Numbered from the stretch's first letter, positions 9,360 to 20,641 are shown. The stretch is DNA of 64,000 nucleotides from Sphingobium sp. 66-54 (GCA_001899715.1 MKWI01000019.1:6446-70445), one strand, 5' to 3'. Program-made: numbers and translations. The notes: generated by a model from the sequence alone, not told the origin.

Positions 9360-11157
9360 CCCGGCGGCGGCTGTCTCCGCAACGGAGCTGCTGCTGAGCG
9401 AGGGCGTCATCATGCTGGGCGTTGCCCTGGTCCTCGTCGTTCTGTTCCGCCGGCTGGGGCTGGGCGCGACGCTCGGCTATCTTATTGCCGGCGCGCTGAT
9501 CGGTCCGCACGGCTTTGCCCTCGTCGGCGGCGGCGAGAGCAAGATGCACATCGCCGAGATCGGCATCGTCCTGCTGCTGTTCCTCGTCGGGCTGGAACTC
9601 AACCCGACGCGGCTGTGGCGGCTGCGGCACGATATCTTCGGCCTCGGTGTGTTGCAGGTGGCGCTGTGCGGCGTCGCGCTGGCGGCGGTCATCTATCTGA
9701 TGACCGGCTTCACGCTCGGCGCGGCCATCGCGCTGGGCCTGCCGCTCGCGCTCTCCTCCACCGCGCAGGTGCTGCCCGGCCTCAAGGAGAGCGGACGGAT
9801 CAACTCACCTTTTGGTGAGAAGGCCTTCGCCATCCTGTTGTTGCAAGACCTCGCCATCGTGCCGCTCATCACCATCATCGCCGCGCTCTCGCGCGCACCG
9901 GCCGATCCCCACGCGCCGCCGGGCTGGATGCTCGGCCTCTACACGGTCGGCGCTATTATCGGGCTGGTACTGGCCGGGCGGTTCATCCTGCAACCGCTGC
10001 TGCGGCTGATCGGGCGGCTGGGCGAACGCGAACTGTTCGTCGCCATCGGCCTGTTCGCGGTGCTGGCCTCGGCCGCGCTGATGCAGGCGCTCAACCTGTC
10101 CACCGCGCTCGGCGCCTTCATCGCCGGCGTGATGCTGGCGGATTCGCCGTATCGGCACGAGATCGAATCGGACGTGGAGCCGTTCCGCACCATCCTGCTC
10201 GGTCTGTTCTTCGTGGCGGTCGGCATGGTGCTGGACCTTGGCGTCATCGCGCGTCAGCCTTTCTTCATCATCGGCATGGCGTTGGCGCTGGTGGCGGTGA
10301 AGGTGCTGCTCATCACGCCCATCGCGATGCTGTTCGGCGTGCCGCGCTGGCAGGCTCTCGGCCTCGGCCTGCTGCTCAGTCAGGGCGGTGAACTCGCCTT
10401 CGTGCTGTTTGATCAGGCGCGCGGCGCCCTGCTTATCGCACCCGAGGCAGCCAGCATGTTCAGCGCGGTGGTAACGCTGTCGATGATGTCCACGCCATTC
10501 CTGCTGATGATCGCGCGCCGGCTCGAATTTTCCGACGAGGAAGGCGATGGGGATGGACTGGACGGCCCGGAAAAGGCGCCGCGCGGCACCGCCATCGTCA
10601 TCGGCTACGGCCGGTTCGGCCAGACGGTCGCGCAGATGCTGATGGGGCAGGGTTGCGGCGTGACGCTGATCGACCGCAAGCCGGCACAGATCGAGCTGTC
10701 CAGCCAGCTCGATATCAAAGTCTATTATGGTGACGGTACTCGCCTCGACCTGCTGCGCCGCGCCGGCGCGGAGGAGGCGACGCTGCTGATCTTCTGCCAT
10801 GACGACCGTCATTTCGGCCCCGGCACTCTCGCACCAATCCTGGAAGCCTTCCCGCAGGCTGCCGTGCTGGTGCGGACGTTCGACCGGAGCCACCTGATCG
10901 CCGTGCATGATCTGCCGCTGGCCGGCACGGTGCGCGAAGTGTTCGAGTCGGCCGTGGCGATGGGCCGGGCAGCGCTCACCCGCCTGGGGCTCGACGAGAC
11001 TCAGGTAAACGAGATCGAACGGCAGTATCGCGCCAATGACCGCAAGCGGCTCGACGTGCAGATCGCCTCGGGGCTGATGGCCGCCAAGGAATTGCTGTTC
11101 CGCCCCGGACGGACGATGGTACTGCCGGAAAAGCAGGTGTTGGGAGACGACGCATGA
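9352..11157 (+). CDS. KefB/KefC-type cation:proton antiporter with TrkA-N domain
   Basis: Multi-TM CPA2 core (GLELN, LSSTA, LLQD, LSQGGE); GYGRFGQ Rossmann domain. Confidence 0.9.
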   Translation: MADPAAAVSATELLLSEGVIMLGVALVLVVLFRRLGLGATLGYLIAGALIGPHGFALVGGGESKMHIAEIGIVLLLFLVGLELNPTRLWRLRHDIFGLGVLQVALCGVALAAVIYLMTGFTLGAAIALGLPLALSSTAQVLPGLKESGRINSPFGEKAFAILLLQDLAIVPLITIIAALSRAPADPHAPPGWMLGLYTVGAIIGLVLAGRFILQPLLRLIGRLGERELFVAIGLFAVLASAALMQALNLSTALGAFIAGVMLADSPYRHEIESDVEPFRTILLGLFFVAVGMVLDLGVIARQPFFIIGMALALVAVKVLLITPIAMLFGVPRWQALGLGLLLSQGGELAFVLFDQARGALLIAPEAASMFSAVVTLSMMSTPFLLMIARRLEFSDEEGDGDGLDGPEKAPRGTAIVIGYGRFGQTVAQMLMGQGCGVTLIDRKPAQIELSSQLDIKVYYGDGTRLDLLRRAGAEEATLLIFCHDDRHFGPGTLAPILEAFPQAAVLVRTFDRSHLIAVHDLPLAGTVREVFESAVAMGRAALTRLGLDETQVNEIERQYRANDRKRLDVQIASGLMAAKELLFRPGRTMVLPEKQVLGDDA

Positions 11158-11510
11158 TCGCATCCATCGCGGCCGTGAGCGCGGCCATCGCCATCGGATT
11201 CTCGGCCTTCGGCGCCCATGGCGCAGCCAATGCGCAGGCGGCCGAATGGCTGCGGACCGGCGGCCTCTATCAGCTCATCCACGCCGTGGCGGTGGTGGCA
11301 CTGGCGCTGACTCCCGGCAGCGGCGAAGGCACGATGAACGGCCCCAACGCGATCCTGCTCGCCGGCAGCGCGCTGTTTGCCGCGACGCTTTATGCCATGG
11401 CGTTCGGCGCGCCGCGCTGGCTGGGTGCGATTACCCCGATTGGCGGCCTGTTGATGATTCTCGGCTGGCTCTGGCTCGCCTGGCGCCTCGCCGGCAGCCG
11501 GCTGGGCTAA
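11154..11510 (+). CDS. DUF423 membrane protein
   Basis: AFGAHG, YQLIHA, ITPIGG motifs. Confidence 0.85.
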   Translation: MIASIAAVSAAIAIGFSAFGAHGAANAQAAEWLRTGGLYQLIHAVAVVALALTPGSGEGTMNGPNAILLAGSALFAATLYAMAFGAPRWLGAITPIGGLLMILGWLWLAWRLAGSRLG

Positions 11511-11517
11511 GCCGTGT

Positions 11518-12621
11518 TCAGCCGCGAACTTCGTCGAGGAACGCGGCAACGTCGGCCAGGTCCACATCCTTGGCAAGATAGGTCTGTCCAATCCCGCGCG
11601 CGAGCAGGAAGGGGAGGGTGCCGCCGCTCATCTTCTTGTCGTGCAGCATATGGTCGACAAGCCGCGCGCCGGGCGCATCCACCCCGGCATCACGGAGCGA
11701 GGCGGGCAGGCCGGCAGCGCGCAGATGGGCAACGACCCGTCCCGCGTCCTGTCCCGAACATTCGCCGCGCCGCAGCGAATAGCTAAAGGCCAGCGCCATG
11801 CCAGCCGCGACGCCCTCGCCGTGCAGCAGCCGGTCGGAAAAGCCGGTCTCCGCCTCCAGCGCGTGGCCGAAGGTGTGGCCGAGATTGAGCAGCGCGCGCC
11901 TGCCGCTGGTCTCGCGCTCGTCCTGCGCGACGATGGCGGCCTTGGCGGCGACGCTCCGCGCGATGGCATAAGCGCGTGCATCCGGGTCTCCGGCGAGCAG
12001 GGCAGGGCCGTTCGCTTCGCACCATTCGAAGAAAGCGACATCATCGATCAGGCCGTATTTGACCACCTCGGCATAACCCGCGCGCACCTCGCGCGCGCCG
12101 AGCGTGTCCAGCGTCTCCGGGTCGATCAGCACCAGCGATGGCTGGTGGAAGGCACCCAGAAGGTTCTTGCCCGCGCGACTGTTGATCGCCGTCTTGCCGC
12201 CCACCGAGCTGTCGACCTGCGCGAGCAGGGTGGTCGGGATCTGGATGAAAGCGCAGCCGCGTTTGACGATGGCAGCCGCGAAGCCGACCAGATCGCCGAT
12301 CACGCCGCCGCCCAGCGCGATGACATGATCGCGCCGCTCGATGCCGTGGGCGATCATCCGGTCGGTCAGTGCCTCCAGATGCGGCCAGCTTTTGGTTGCC
12401 TCGCCGGCCGGCAGGGTGACAAGTTCGGCCGCCAACCCGGCACGGCGTAGCGCGGTATCCAGCCGGGGCCATTGCGCCGCCGCGACATGCTCGTCAGTCA
12501 CGACCAGAAACGGCCGGCCGGATGCGTAGGGCACCAGCGCCTCGCCCGCCCGATCGAGCAAGCCGCTCTCGATGCGGACATCATAGCTGCGTGCGCCGAG
12601 CGAGACGGGAACGATTGTCAT
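11518..12621 (-). CDS. aroB: 3-dehydroquinate synthase
   Basis: GGGVIGD, PTTLLAQVDSSVGGKT, LNLGHTFGHA. Confidence 0.98.
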   Translation of the reverse strand: MTIVPVSLGARSYDVRIESGLLDRAGEALVPYASGRPFLVVTDEHVAAAQWPRLDTALRRAGLAAELVTLPAGEATKSWPHLEALTDRMIAHGIERRDHVIALGGGVIGDLVGFAAAIVKRGCAFIQIPTTLLAQVDSSVGGKTAINSRAGKNLLGAFHQPSLVLIDPETLDTLGAREVRAGYAEVVKYGLIDDVAFFEWCEANGPALLAGDPDARAYAIARSVAAKAAIVAQDERETSGRRALLNLGHTFGHALEAETGFSDRLLHGEGVAAGMALAFSYSLRRGECSGQDAGRVVAHLRAAGLPASLRDAGVDAPGARLVDHMLHDKKMSGGTLPFLLARGIGQTYLAKDVDLADVAAFLDEVRG

Positions 12622-13157
12622 TGGCCGATCGCCTTCAGGATCTTTTCCACGGTTGCGTCATGCGGCGAATCCGAACTCATGATGCGGATCGGCGCCTGTG
12701 CGTAGAAAGGCGCACGCGCGCTGGCGAGCCCCATCAGCACCTCGCGCGGGTCGCGATCCTTGAGCAGCGGACGGCCATCGCGGCGGGAGACGCGCTCGAC
12801 GAGAATGTCGATGTTCGCATCCAGCCAGATCGCGGTCGCCTTCTCCAGGATGAGCCGGCGCGTATCGTCATTGACGAAAGCGCCGCCGCCGGTAGCCACG
12901 ACCTTGGGCGTGCCGTCGATCAGCCGCGCGATAACGCGCCGCTCGCCGTCGCGGAACTGCGCCTCGCCGTAGGTATCGAAGATTTCCTGGATGCTCATGC
13001 CGGCGGCGCGCTCGATCTCGTCATCGGCGTCGACGAAGGGCAGGCTGAGCCGCGCGGCCAGCCGCCGGCCGATGGTCGACTTGCCGACGCCCATCAGCCC
13101 GACGAGGACCAGCGAGGTGCGCGCGGCCTCTTGCGCATATTTATCGTTTCGCCCCAT
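12618..13157 (-). CDS. aroK: Shikimate kinase
   Basis: GLMGVGKS Walker A, DADDEIE, FRDGE, ATGGGA, RPLL. Confidence 0.96.
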   Translation of the reverse strand: MGRNDKYAQEAARTSLVLVGLMGVGKSTIGRRLAARLSLPFVDADDEIERAAGMSIQEIFDTYGEAQFRDGERRVIARLIDGTPKVVATGGGAFVNDDTRRLILEKATAIWLDANIDILVERVSRRDGRPLLKDRDPREVLMGLASARAPFYAQAPIRIMSSDSPHDATVEKILKAIGQ

Positions 13158-13250
13158 GACCTGCGCGGCTATACAGCCGCCGACGCCCGAGGCAACGGCG
13201 AACGTCCGCCCTCGCATCCCTGAAAGACGGTAAGGCCCGAAAAGATCATC

Positions 13251-13424
13251 ATGAAAATTAGCCGCAACGATCCTCTCCGCCGCCGCAGGCACCCCCTGTC
13301 GCTGATCGTCTGGATCGTCCCGCTGCTCATCGTCCTGCTGCTGGTGCTCTCCTGGTGGAAGGGCGGCGAGCAGCCGGTGACGCAGATCGAAACGCCGGTG
13401 CCCGCCGACCAGCTCGGCAAATAG
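13251..13424 (+). CDS. Small single-pass membrane protein, 57 aa (not in ORF track)
   Basis: MKISRNDPLRRRRHPLSLIVWIVPLLIVLLLVLSWWKGGEQPVTQIETPVPADQLGK; fills the intergenic gap. Confidence 0.75.
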   Translation: MKISRNDPLRRRRHPLSLIVWIVPLLIVLLLVLSWWKGGEQPVTQIETPVPADQLGK

Positions 13425-13432
13425 GCCGAGCG

Positions 13433-15277
13433 GTGCAGGTCCCTCGGACATATTGGCTGGCCGGGCTGAGCGCGCTGGCGCTCGCCATCCCCGTGCTGGC
13501 GCAAGGCGGGCCGGAATCGCTGCTGCCCGAAGGATTCGGCGAGCCGGCGCCCGCGCCGAGCGCGCCCCGATCCCAGCCGACGCCGACACCAAGTCCCCCG
13601 GCTACGCCAGCACCGGCGGCTCCCGGCCCGACGCCTACAACTGCCGCCGCACTGAACGAGGCCGCAGCGGCGTTGCCAGGCGGCGCATCGAACGCGGCGG
13701 AGGGCGATGAGATCGCCGAGAAATATGACCTCCCGCCCTCCGCCCGCCGCTCGCTGGACCTGATCGGCCCGCTGACGCCCGACCTGGGCGGGCTGGACGC
13801 CGGCGCATTCGGCCGCGACCATGGCAAGGACCTCGCCGCGATCATGCGGGTGACGCGCGCCCCCTTCCTCTCGCGCTGGGCGAGCATCCTGCTGCGCCGT
13901 GCCCTCATCTCGCAGACCGAAACGCCGCGCGATATCGGTGGTGCGGACTGGACGGCGGATCGGGCCTGGCTGCTGCTGCGCATGGGCGAGGCGGACAATG
14001 CCCGGCTGCTGGTCCAGAGTGTCGATTCGGACCAGTATACGCGGCGCCTCTACGCGGTCGCGATGCAAGCCCATCTGGCAGCGGCTGATCCGGCCGGCCT
14101 GTGTCCGCTGCTGCCGCGTGCGCGGGATTTCACCGATGAGCCGGGCTGGTTCATGGCGCAGGCGATCTGCGCCTCCTTCTCCGCCGATCAGGGCACGGCC
14201 AGCGCATTGCTCAACCAGGCGCAGCGGCGCGGCATTGCGCGGGGCATCGACTACCGCCTCGCCGAAAAGACGGTGGGAGCGGGACCAAATAGCCGCCGCT
14301 CGGTCAAGATCGAGTGGGACGGCGTCACCAACCTCACGAGCTGGCGGTTTGGCCTCGCCAGCGCGACCAACGTACCGATTCCCGCAGCGCTTTACACCAC
14401 GGTCGGCCCGCAGGTGCGCGCATGGGAGGCGCGGGCGCCGCTGCTCACGCGCACACAGCGCTCGCCGGGCGTTGCCGTTGCCACGCGGCTCGGCGTCTTT
14501 TCCGGCATTGCCTCGCGCGATTTCTACGCGGAATTGGCCGACGAGGAGGATGCCGACGATGCTGTGACCGCGCGCGGCGAGCTGTTGCGCACGGCCTATA
14601 CGGGCGCCTCGGCCGCCGAGCGGATCGGCGCCATGCGGCAATGGTGGACGGGTGCGTCCGCCGATGGCTGGTGGGCCGGGCCGGGCGACGTCCATTACGG
14701 CAACCTGCCGGCGCTGGCCCGCGCCGCAGCGGTCCTACCGGCGACGGAGGCGGCCGGCGCGGATACGCCCTGGCTGATCGCGGCGATGCTCTCGGGCGGC
14801 TATGACAATCAGGCAGCGCGCTGGAGCGCGGTCGTGAACCGGCTCGACGGCGCGGCGCGGGAACGAAGCTGGGCGCTGCTGGCGACTGGCCTGCCGAGCC
14901 CGCAAATCGGTCTCACTGGCGATCGGATCGGGAGCTTCGTCTCGCAGGACGAGAGCGAGGGCAAGCAACTTGGCCGCAGCCTGGTCGCCGCGCTTGCCGG
15001 TCTCGGCCGCCTGCCTGCAAGCGACCGGGCGCAGCTTCTGCGCGATAATGGCATCGAGACAGCGCCACGCACCCGCTGGCAGCGCGCCTTGATGGCGGCG
15101 GCACAGCGGCGCGAGGCGGGCACGGTGGCGCTGCTCGCGGCGGTCGGCATGCAGGGCTCCAACTGGCGCGCGTTGCCGCCGCAGCATCTCTATTTCATCG
15201 TTGCGGCGCTCGATCGGGCCGGCCTCAACCCCTATGCCCGCATGGTCGCGGCCGAGGCGATGGCCCGGATCGGATGA
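13433..15277 (+). CDS. Exported hypothetical protein, alpha-helical with a Pro-rich linker
   Basis: Signal-peptide-like N-terminus; long ORF overlapping the xerD start (ATGA). Confidence 0.75.
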   Translation: MQVPRTYWLAGLSALALAIPVLAQGGPESLLPEGFGEPAPAPSAPRSQPTPTPSPPATPAPAAPGPTPTTAAALNEAAAALPGGASNAAEGDEIAEKYDLPPSARRSLDLIGPLTPDLGGLDAGAFGRDHGKDLAAIMRVTRAPFLSRWASILLRRALISQTETPRDIGGADWTADRAWLLLRMGEADNARLLVQSVDSDQYTRRLYAVAMQAHLAAADPAGLCPLLPRARDFTDEPGWFMAQAICASFSADQGTASALLNQAQRRGIARGIDYRLAEKTVGAGPNSRRSVKIEWDGVTNLTSWRFGLASATNVPIPAALYTTVGPQVRAWEARAPLLTRTQRSPGVAVATRLGVFSGIASRDFYAELADEEDADDAVTARGELLRTAYTGASAAERIGAMRQWWTGASADGWWAGPGDVHYGNLPALARAAAVLPATEAAGADTPWLIAAMLSGGYDNQAARWSAVVNRLDGAARERSWALLATGLPSPQIGLTGDRIGSFVSQDESEGKQLGRSLVAALAGLGRLPASDRAQLLRDNGIETAPRTRWQRALMAAAQRREAGTVALLAAVGMQGSNWRALPPQHLYFIVAALDRAGLNPYARMVAAEAMARIG

Positions 15278-16203
15278 GCGGCGGGGGCGCAGAAGCGGCG
15301 CCCGTCAGCGCGCGCGACGCGACCATGATCGACCGTTATCTCGCCATGCTCGCAGCCGAGCGCGGCGCTACCCGCAACACGCTGCTCGCCTATCGCAACG
15401 ACCTGACGGACGCCGCGCGTCACCTGCGCGCTCTCACGGATGCCACGCAAGTCTCGCTTGGGGAGCTTGGCGGGCTCTGGGCGGAGCTGTCGCCCGCCAG
15501 CCTTGCCCGCAAGGCATCCGCGCTGCGCGGGTTCTTCGCCTTTCTGGAAGCCGAATCGATCCGGCCCGACAATCCGTCCGATGCGTTGCCGCGCCCCAGC
15601 CTACGCCGGCCCTTGCCCAAGGTGCTGAGCCACCGCGATGTCGACGCGATCTTCGCCGTGATCGACGCCCGTCTCGCCCGTACGCCGGTCAATCCGCTCG
15701 ATCTGCGGCTCTCCGCTCTGATCGAGCTGCTTTACGGCTCGGGCCTGCGCGCGAGCGAGCTCGTCTCGCTGCCGGCTCGTGCGCTCGCCACCGACCGACC
15801 GTTCCTCATACTGCGCGGCAAGGGCGGACGCGAGCGATTGGTGCCGATCTCGGACCGGGCGCGCGCCGCCGTGGCCGCGTGGCGCCCGCATGTGCCGACG
15901 GAAGGCCCGTGGTTGTTCCCCTCCGGCAAAGCGCATCTGAGCCGCGTCCGCCTGTTCCAGATCGTGCGCGCGCTGGCAGCGGAGGCGGGGATCGACCCGC
16001 TACGGGTGAGCCCGCATGTGCTGCGCCACGCCTTCGCAACGCATCTGCTGGAGGGCGGCGCGGACCTCCGCGCGTTGCAGGCGATGCTCGGCCATGCCGA
16101 CATCGCGACGACGCAGATCTACACCCATGTCGACGCGGAACGGCTCGTCGCGCTGGTCAACGCGCGTCATCCGCTCGTTGACCTCGCGCCGCGCGCGTCC
16201 TAA
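15274..16203 (+). CDS. xerD: Chromosomal tyrosine recombinase XerD
   Basis: LYGSGLRASE, GKGGRER, SPHVLRHAFATHLL, LGHADIATTQIY; next to accA. Confidence 0.9.
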   Translation: MSGGGAEAAPVSARDATMIDRYLAMLAAERGATRNTLLAYRNDLTDAARHLRALTDATQVSLGELGGLWAELSPASLARKASALRGFFAFLEAESIRPDNPSDALPRPSLRRPLPKVLSHRDVDAIFAVIDARLARTPVNPLDLRLSALIELLYGSGLRASELVSLPARALATDRPFLILRGKGGRERLVPISDRARAAVAAWRPHVPTEGPWLFPSGKAHLSRVRLFQIVRALAAEAGIDPLRVSPHVLRHAFATHLLEGGADLRALQAMLGHADIATTQIYTHVDAERLVALVNARHPLVDLAPRAS

Positions 16204-16212
16204 CGCGCGGCG

Positions 16213-17154
<942 letters not shown>

Positions 17155-17236
17155 CGGCCGGGAACGCGCGGGCTCCGGTTTGCATTTCGCAAACGGCGGA
17201 TTATTCTGCGCGGGCACGCTAGGAAAAGGGAGCGCC

Positions 17237-18721
17237 ATGGCACGCGGCTATGTGAGATTTTGCCTTGGCGCGGCGGCGCTCGCCGGTGGCCTGACGCTGG
17301 CGGCGACCGGCACAGCCCAGCAGCGCCAGATCCAGACCGTCAACGCGATGAGCCAGGCCGAGCGCGCGGAAGGCGCCAAGGCCCACCCGGAGCTTCTGGC
17401 GGAATTCGGCGGTCTCTACGATGGCCCACAAGCAGCCTATGTGACCAGCGTCGGCCGGCGGATCGCCGTACAGTCCAGCCTGTCGAGCCAGCAGAACGAC
17501 TTCACCATCAGCCTGCTCAACTCGTCGGTGAACAACGCCTTCGCCATTCCCGGCGGCTATGTCTACGTCACCCGCCAGCTCATGGCGCTGATGAACGACG
17601 AGGCGGAGTTGGCCGGCGTGCTCGGGCACGAGATTGGCCATGTCGCCGCCCAGCACGGCAAGAAGCGGCAGAGCGCGGCGCAGCGCAACAGCATCCTCGG
17701 TGTGCTGGGGCAGGTGCTGGTCGGCGTGGTCGCCGGCGACTCGGGGCTGGGGCAGGTGCTCCAGCGCGGCATCGGCACCGGCGCGCAGCTTCTCACCCTC
17801 AAATTCTCCCGCACGCAGGAATATGAGGCGGACGATCTCGGCATCCGTTACCTTGCCAAGGCGGGCTATGACCCCAGGGCGCTTTCCTCCATGCTTGCCT
17901 CACTGGCCGCGCAGACCACGCTGGACAGCCGGACGCAGGGCCAGAGCAGCGGGATCCCCGAATGGGCGAGCACCCACCCCGATCCCGCCTCCCGCGTCAA
18001 GCGCGCGCTGACCAACGCACAGGCGACCGGATCGCGCAGCACCGTGCGCAATGCGGAGGTCTTCCTCTCCAATCTGGACGGCGTGCTCTACGGCGACGAC
18101 CCCAAGGAAGGCATCGTCTCCGGCCAGCAGTTCCTGCATCCCGCCTTCAAGCTCAAATTCACCGCGCCCAACGGCTATGCCATCCAGAACGGCACCAGCG
18201 CGGTCTCCATCGTCGGGCAGACCGGGCAGGCGCAGTTCAGCGGGACAGCCTATAACGGCGACCTCACCGCCTATGTACAGGGCATCTTCACCCAACTGGC
18301 GGGGCAGGGGCAGCGGCCCTCCATCGAGGTTCGCCGCAGCAGCATCAACGGCCTGCCGGCGGCGTGGGGCGCGGCAAGCATGAGCAATTCGCAGGGCAAG
18401 CGGCTGGACGTGACGGTGGTCGCCTACCAGTTCGGCCCATCGACCGCCTATCACTTCATCGTGGTGAACCCGGCGGGGCAGGGGCTGGGCGCACTCGGCA
18501 GCCTGGTCAATTCGGTGAGCCGGATGAGCGACACTGAGGCAAGCGGTGTCCGGACCCGGCGAGTGCGGCTGGTGACGGTCAGGAACGGCGACACCGCCAA
18601 CAGCCTCGCGGGGCGCATGGCCTATACCGACTACCAACTCGATCGCTTTCTGGTGCTCAACGGTCTGGCCGCCAATACGCCGCTCAAGGCCGGCAGCCGG
18701 GTCAAGATCATCACCTACTGA
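17237..18721 (+). CDS. Exported M48 metalloprotease with C-terminal LysM-like domain
   Basis: NAFAIPGG, HEIGH, E..AD, STHP; C-terminal VTVRNGDT..LNGL. Confidence 0.88.
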   Translation: MARGYVRFCLGAAALAGGLTLAATGTAQQRQIQTVNAMSQAERAEGAKAHPELLAEFGGLYDGPQAAYVTSVGRRIAVQSSLSSQQNDFTISLLNSSVNNAFAIPGGYVYVTRQLMALMNDEAELAGVLGHEIGHVAAQHGKKRQSAAQRNSILGVLGQVLVGVVAGDSGLGQVLQRGIGTGAQLLTLKFSRTQEYEADDLGIRYLAKAGYDPRALSSMLASLAAQTTLDSRTQGQSSGIPEWASTHPDPASRVKRALTNAQATGSRSTVRNAEVFLSNLDGVLYGDDPKEGIVSGQQFLHPAFKLKFTAPNGYAIQNGTSAVSIVGQTGQAQFSGTAYNGDLTAYVQGIFTQLAGQGQRPSIEVRRSSINGLPAAWGAASMSNSQGKRLDVTVVAYQFGPSTAYHFIVVNPAGQGLGALGSLVNSVSRMSDTEASGVRTRRVRLVTVRNGDTANSLAGRMAYTDYQLDRFLVLNGLAANTPLKAGSRVKIITY

Positions 18722-18742
18722 GGCGAATTTTCCCGCACAATG

Positions 18743-18774
18743 AAAAAGGCGGCGACACCTGGGTGCCGCCGCCT
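18743..18774. terminator. Intrinsic terminator between the convergent M48 and flp genes
   Basis: AAAAAGGCGGCGACAC-CTGG-GTGCCGCCGCCT hairpin; U-tract on the minus strand. Confidence 0.7.
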
Positions 18775-18810
18775 CGCTTTGTCCGAGGAGTCGTCGAACA
18801 AAAATATCTA

Positions 18811-18984
18811 TTACTGGCTGTTCGTCAGGCCGTTGTTGACCTTGTTGAACGTATTGCTGAGGTTGCTGCCAAGCTGACCCATGGCAACAATCGCGGCAAC
18901 CGCGATGAGGGCCGCGATCAGACCGTATTCGATCGCCGTGGCACCCTTGTTGTTCTTGAAAAACTTGCGAATGAACGTCATCAT
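18811..18984 (-). CDS. flp: Flp type IVb pilin 1
   Basis: G/ATAIEYGLIAALIA Flp motif. Confidence 0.95.
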   Translation of the reverse strand: MMTFIRKFFKNNKGATAIEYGLIAALIAVAAIVAMGQLGSNLSNTFNKVNNGLTNSQ

Positions 18985-19110
18985 GAACCTCCTCAAATAC
19001 TCAATTCATCATCTGCCCCGCAGCATGCATTCATCTGCATGCACTACGCTGTTTAGAGAGAAAATGATTTAAAAATCGCTAATCCGATTCTGGTTGTGAA
19101 GAATGGATGC

Positions 19111-19281
19111 TTAATGATTGGTAACTTCATTCGCGACATGGTTCCACATACCGGTCGTTTTACTGGCAACCTCCGTCAACACACTCACCATGGCGAGCAC
19201 GATCAGCGAGATGATGAGGCCATATTCCACGGCGGTCGCGCCATGCTCGGCAGCCAATAGCTTGCGGAAGAAGGCGCGCAC
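19111..19281 (-). CDS. flp: Flp type IVb pilin 2, 56 aa, GTG start (not in ORF track)
   Basis: MRAFFRKLLAAEHG/ATAVEYGLIISLIVLAMVSVL..NH; AGGGG RBS. Confidence 0.9.
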   Translation of the reverse strand: MRAFFRKLLAAEHGATAVEYGLIISLIVLAMVSVLTEVASKTTGMWNHVANEVTNH

Positions 19282-19362
19282 CGAAATTCCCCTGCGACGA
19301 TACGGGTCGGCCGGTTATGTAAGGTCCAATCCGTTAATAATTGATAGAGATGCCCGCCCGAC

Positions 19363-19779
19363 ATGATGTCCACTTCCACTATTCCACCCCTCCTCGTCGT
19401 GGCGGCCGCGCTGATCGACACGCAATCGCGGATTTTCGTCCAGCAGCGGCCGATGGAAAAGAATATGGGCGGCCTGTGGGAATTCCCCGGCGGCAAGGTC
19501 GAGCCGGGCGAGACGCCGGAACATGCGCTCATCCGCGAATTGAACGAGGAACTGGGGATCGAGACGGAAACCGCCTGCCTGGCCCCCGCTACCTTCGCGA
19601 CCGGCCAGATCGGCGAGCGGCCGCTGCTGCTGCTGCTCTATGTGTGCCGCAAATGGCGCGGCATGGTCTCGCCGACCGAGGCGAGTGACAGCCGCTGGTT
19701 GCGCAGCCACGAACTGTTCGCGCTGGAGATGCCGCCGGCCGACCAGCCGCTCGTCGCGATGCTGGATGCGCTGCTCTGA
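19363..19779 (+). CDS. mutT: NUDIX (d)NTP pyrophosphohydrolase
   Basis: [27 protein letters not shown] Nudix box. Confidence 0.9.
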   Translation: MMSTSTIPPLLVVAAALIDTQSRIFVQQRPMEKNMGGLWEFPGGKVEPGETPEHALIRELNEELGIETETACLAPATFATGQIGERPLLLLLYVCRKWRGMVSPTEASDSRWLRSHELFALEMPPADQPLVAMLDALL

Positions 19780-19792
19780 CCGACCGCCCGCT

Positions 19793-20641
19793 CTAAATCC
19801 GTGACTTCAGCGCATCGGCTAGCGACACCCTTGCACTGCCCCGCCGCGCCGGCTTGGGCTGGCTGGCGCTGGGGCGCCACCCGCTGCCATGGAGTATCTC
19901 GAACCGCTCGGCGATGCGCCCATCAGGGTCGGCACCGAGCGCAAACTGCTCGGCCGCGCGCGCCAGCCCGGCGCGAGTGAGGGGCGGGGGAGGCGAGGTG
20001 AGGCACTGGGCCGCGCCCATCCCGCGCAAATCGGCCAATAGCCCGAATAGCGAATCGTAACGCACGTCGAGCGGCTGATGGTCGGCAACCGGCATAGCGA
20101 AGCCCGCGCGCGTCAGCAGGTCGCCCAGCGCCCGTACATCGACTTGCGGATGGACGCGCTGCGCCGGTCGATCACCGTCCGCCGCGAGCAGGGCTGCGCG
20201 CAGCCGAGGCAACGACCCGGCACCGATGAAGCTCAGCAGCAACAGACCGTCCGGTTCCAGGATGCGGTTAAGGCCGAGCAGCGCCCCCGGCAGATCGTTG
20301 ATCGCATCCAGCGTGCCGCAGCATAGCGCAAGATCGAACGCGCCATCCTCATACGATAACTGGTCCTCGCGGATCGGTGCGCCGCCGCAGCGCGCCGCCC
20401 AGACCGGGCCGGGGTCGGCGCACGTCACCGTGCAGCCGAGCGCTGTCAGCGCGTCCCCAAGCCGTTGGTCCGGGCAGCCGATCACCAGCGCGCGATGGAA
20501 GACCCGACTTACGTCGCCAAGGCGTTCCAGCATGTCGTCGGCCATGGCGGCATAGAGGAAGTCGTGCGCCGGGAATGTCGCCGCCGCGCGGTCCCGCCGG
20601 CGGGCGCGCAGTTGCTCGTTGAAGATGTGGGGAACGCTCAT
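19793..20641 (-). CDS. SAM-dependent methyltransferase (BioC/NDUFAF5-like)
   Basis: Divergent from comF; NDLPG, L.PDGL, GDLL.RAGFAMPV.D motifs. Confidence 0.8.
   Translation of the reverse strand: MSVPHIFNEQLRARRRDRAAATFPAHDFLYAAMADDMLERLGDVSRVFHRALVIGCPDQRLGDALTALGCTVTCADPGPVWAARCGGAPIREDQLSYEDGAFDLALCCGTLDAINDLPGALLGLNRILEPDGLLLLSFIGAGSLPRLRAALLAADGDRPAQRVHPQVDVRALGDLLTRAGFAMPVADHQPLDVRYDSLFGLLADLRGMGAAQCLTSPPPPLTRAGLARAAEQFALGADPDGRIAERFEILHGSGWRPSASQPKPARRGSARVSLADALKSRI

Noticed and set aside
15274-16203. Tyrosine recombinase as a second prophage integrase
   Set aside because: XerD-type motifs, host codon style and housekeeping context (aroK, accA); no att repeats nearby.
19020-19350. 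CtrA boxes at the flp promoters
   Set aside because: The best candidates (e.g. TTAA-N7-TAAC at 19111, TTAA-N7-TAAT at 19069) have two mismatches in an AT-rich region.
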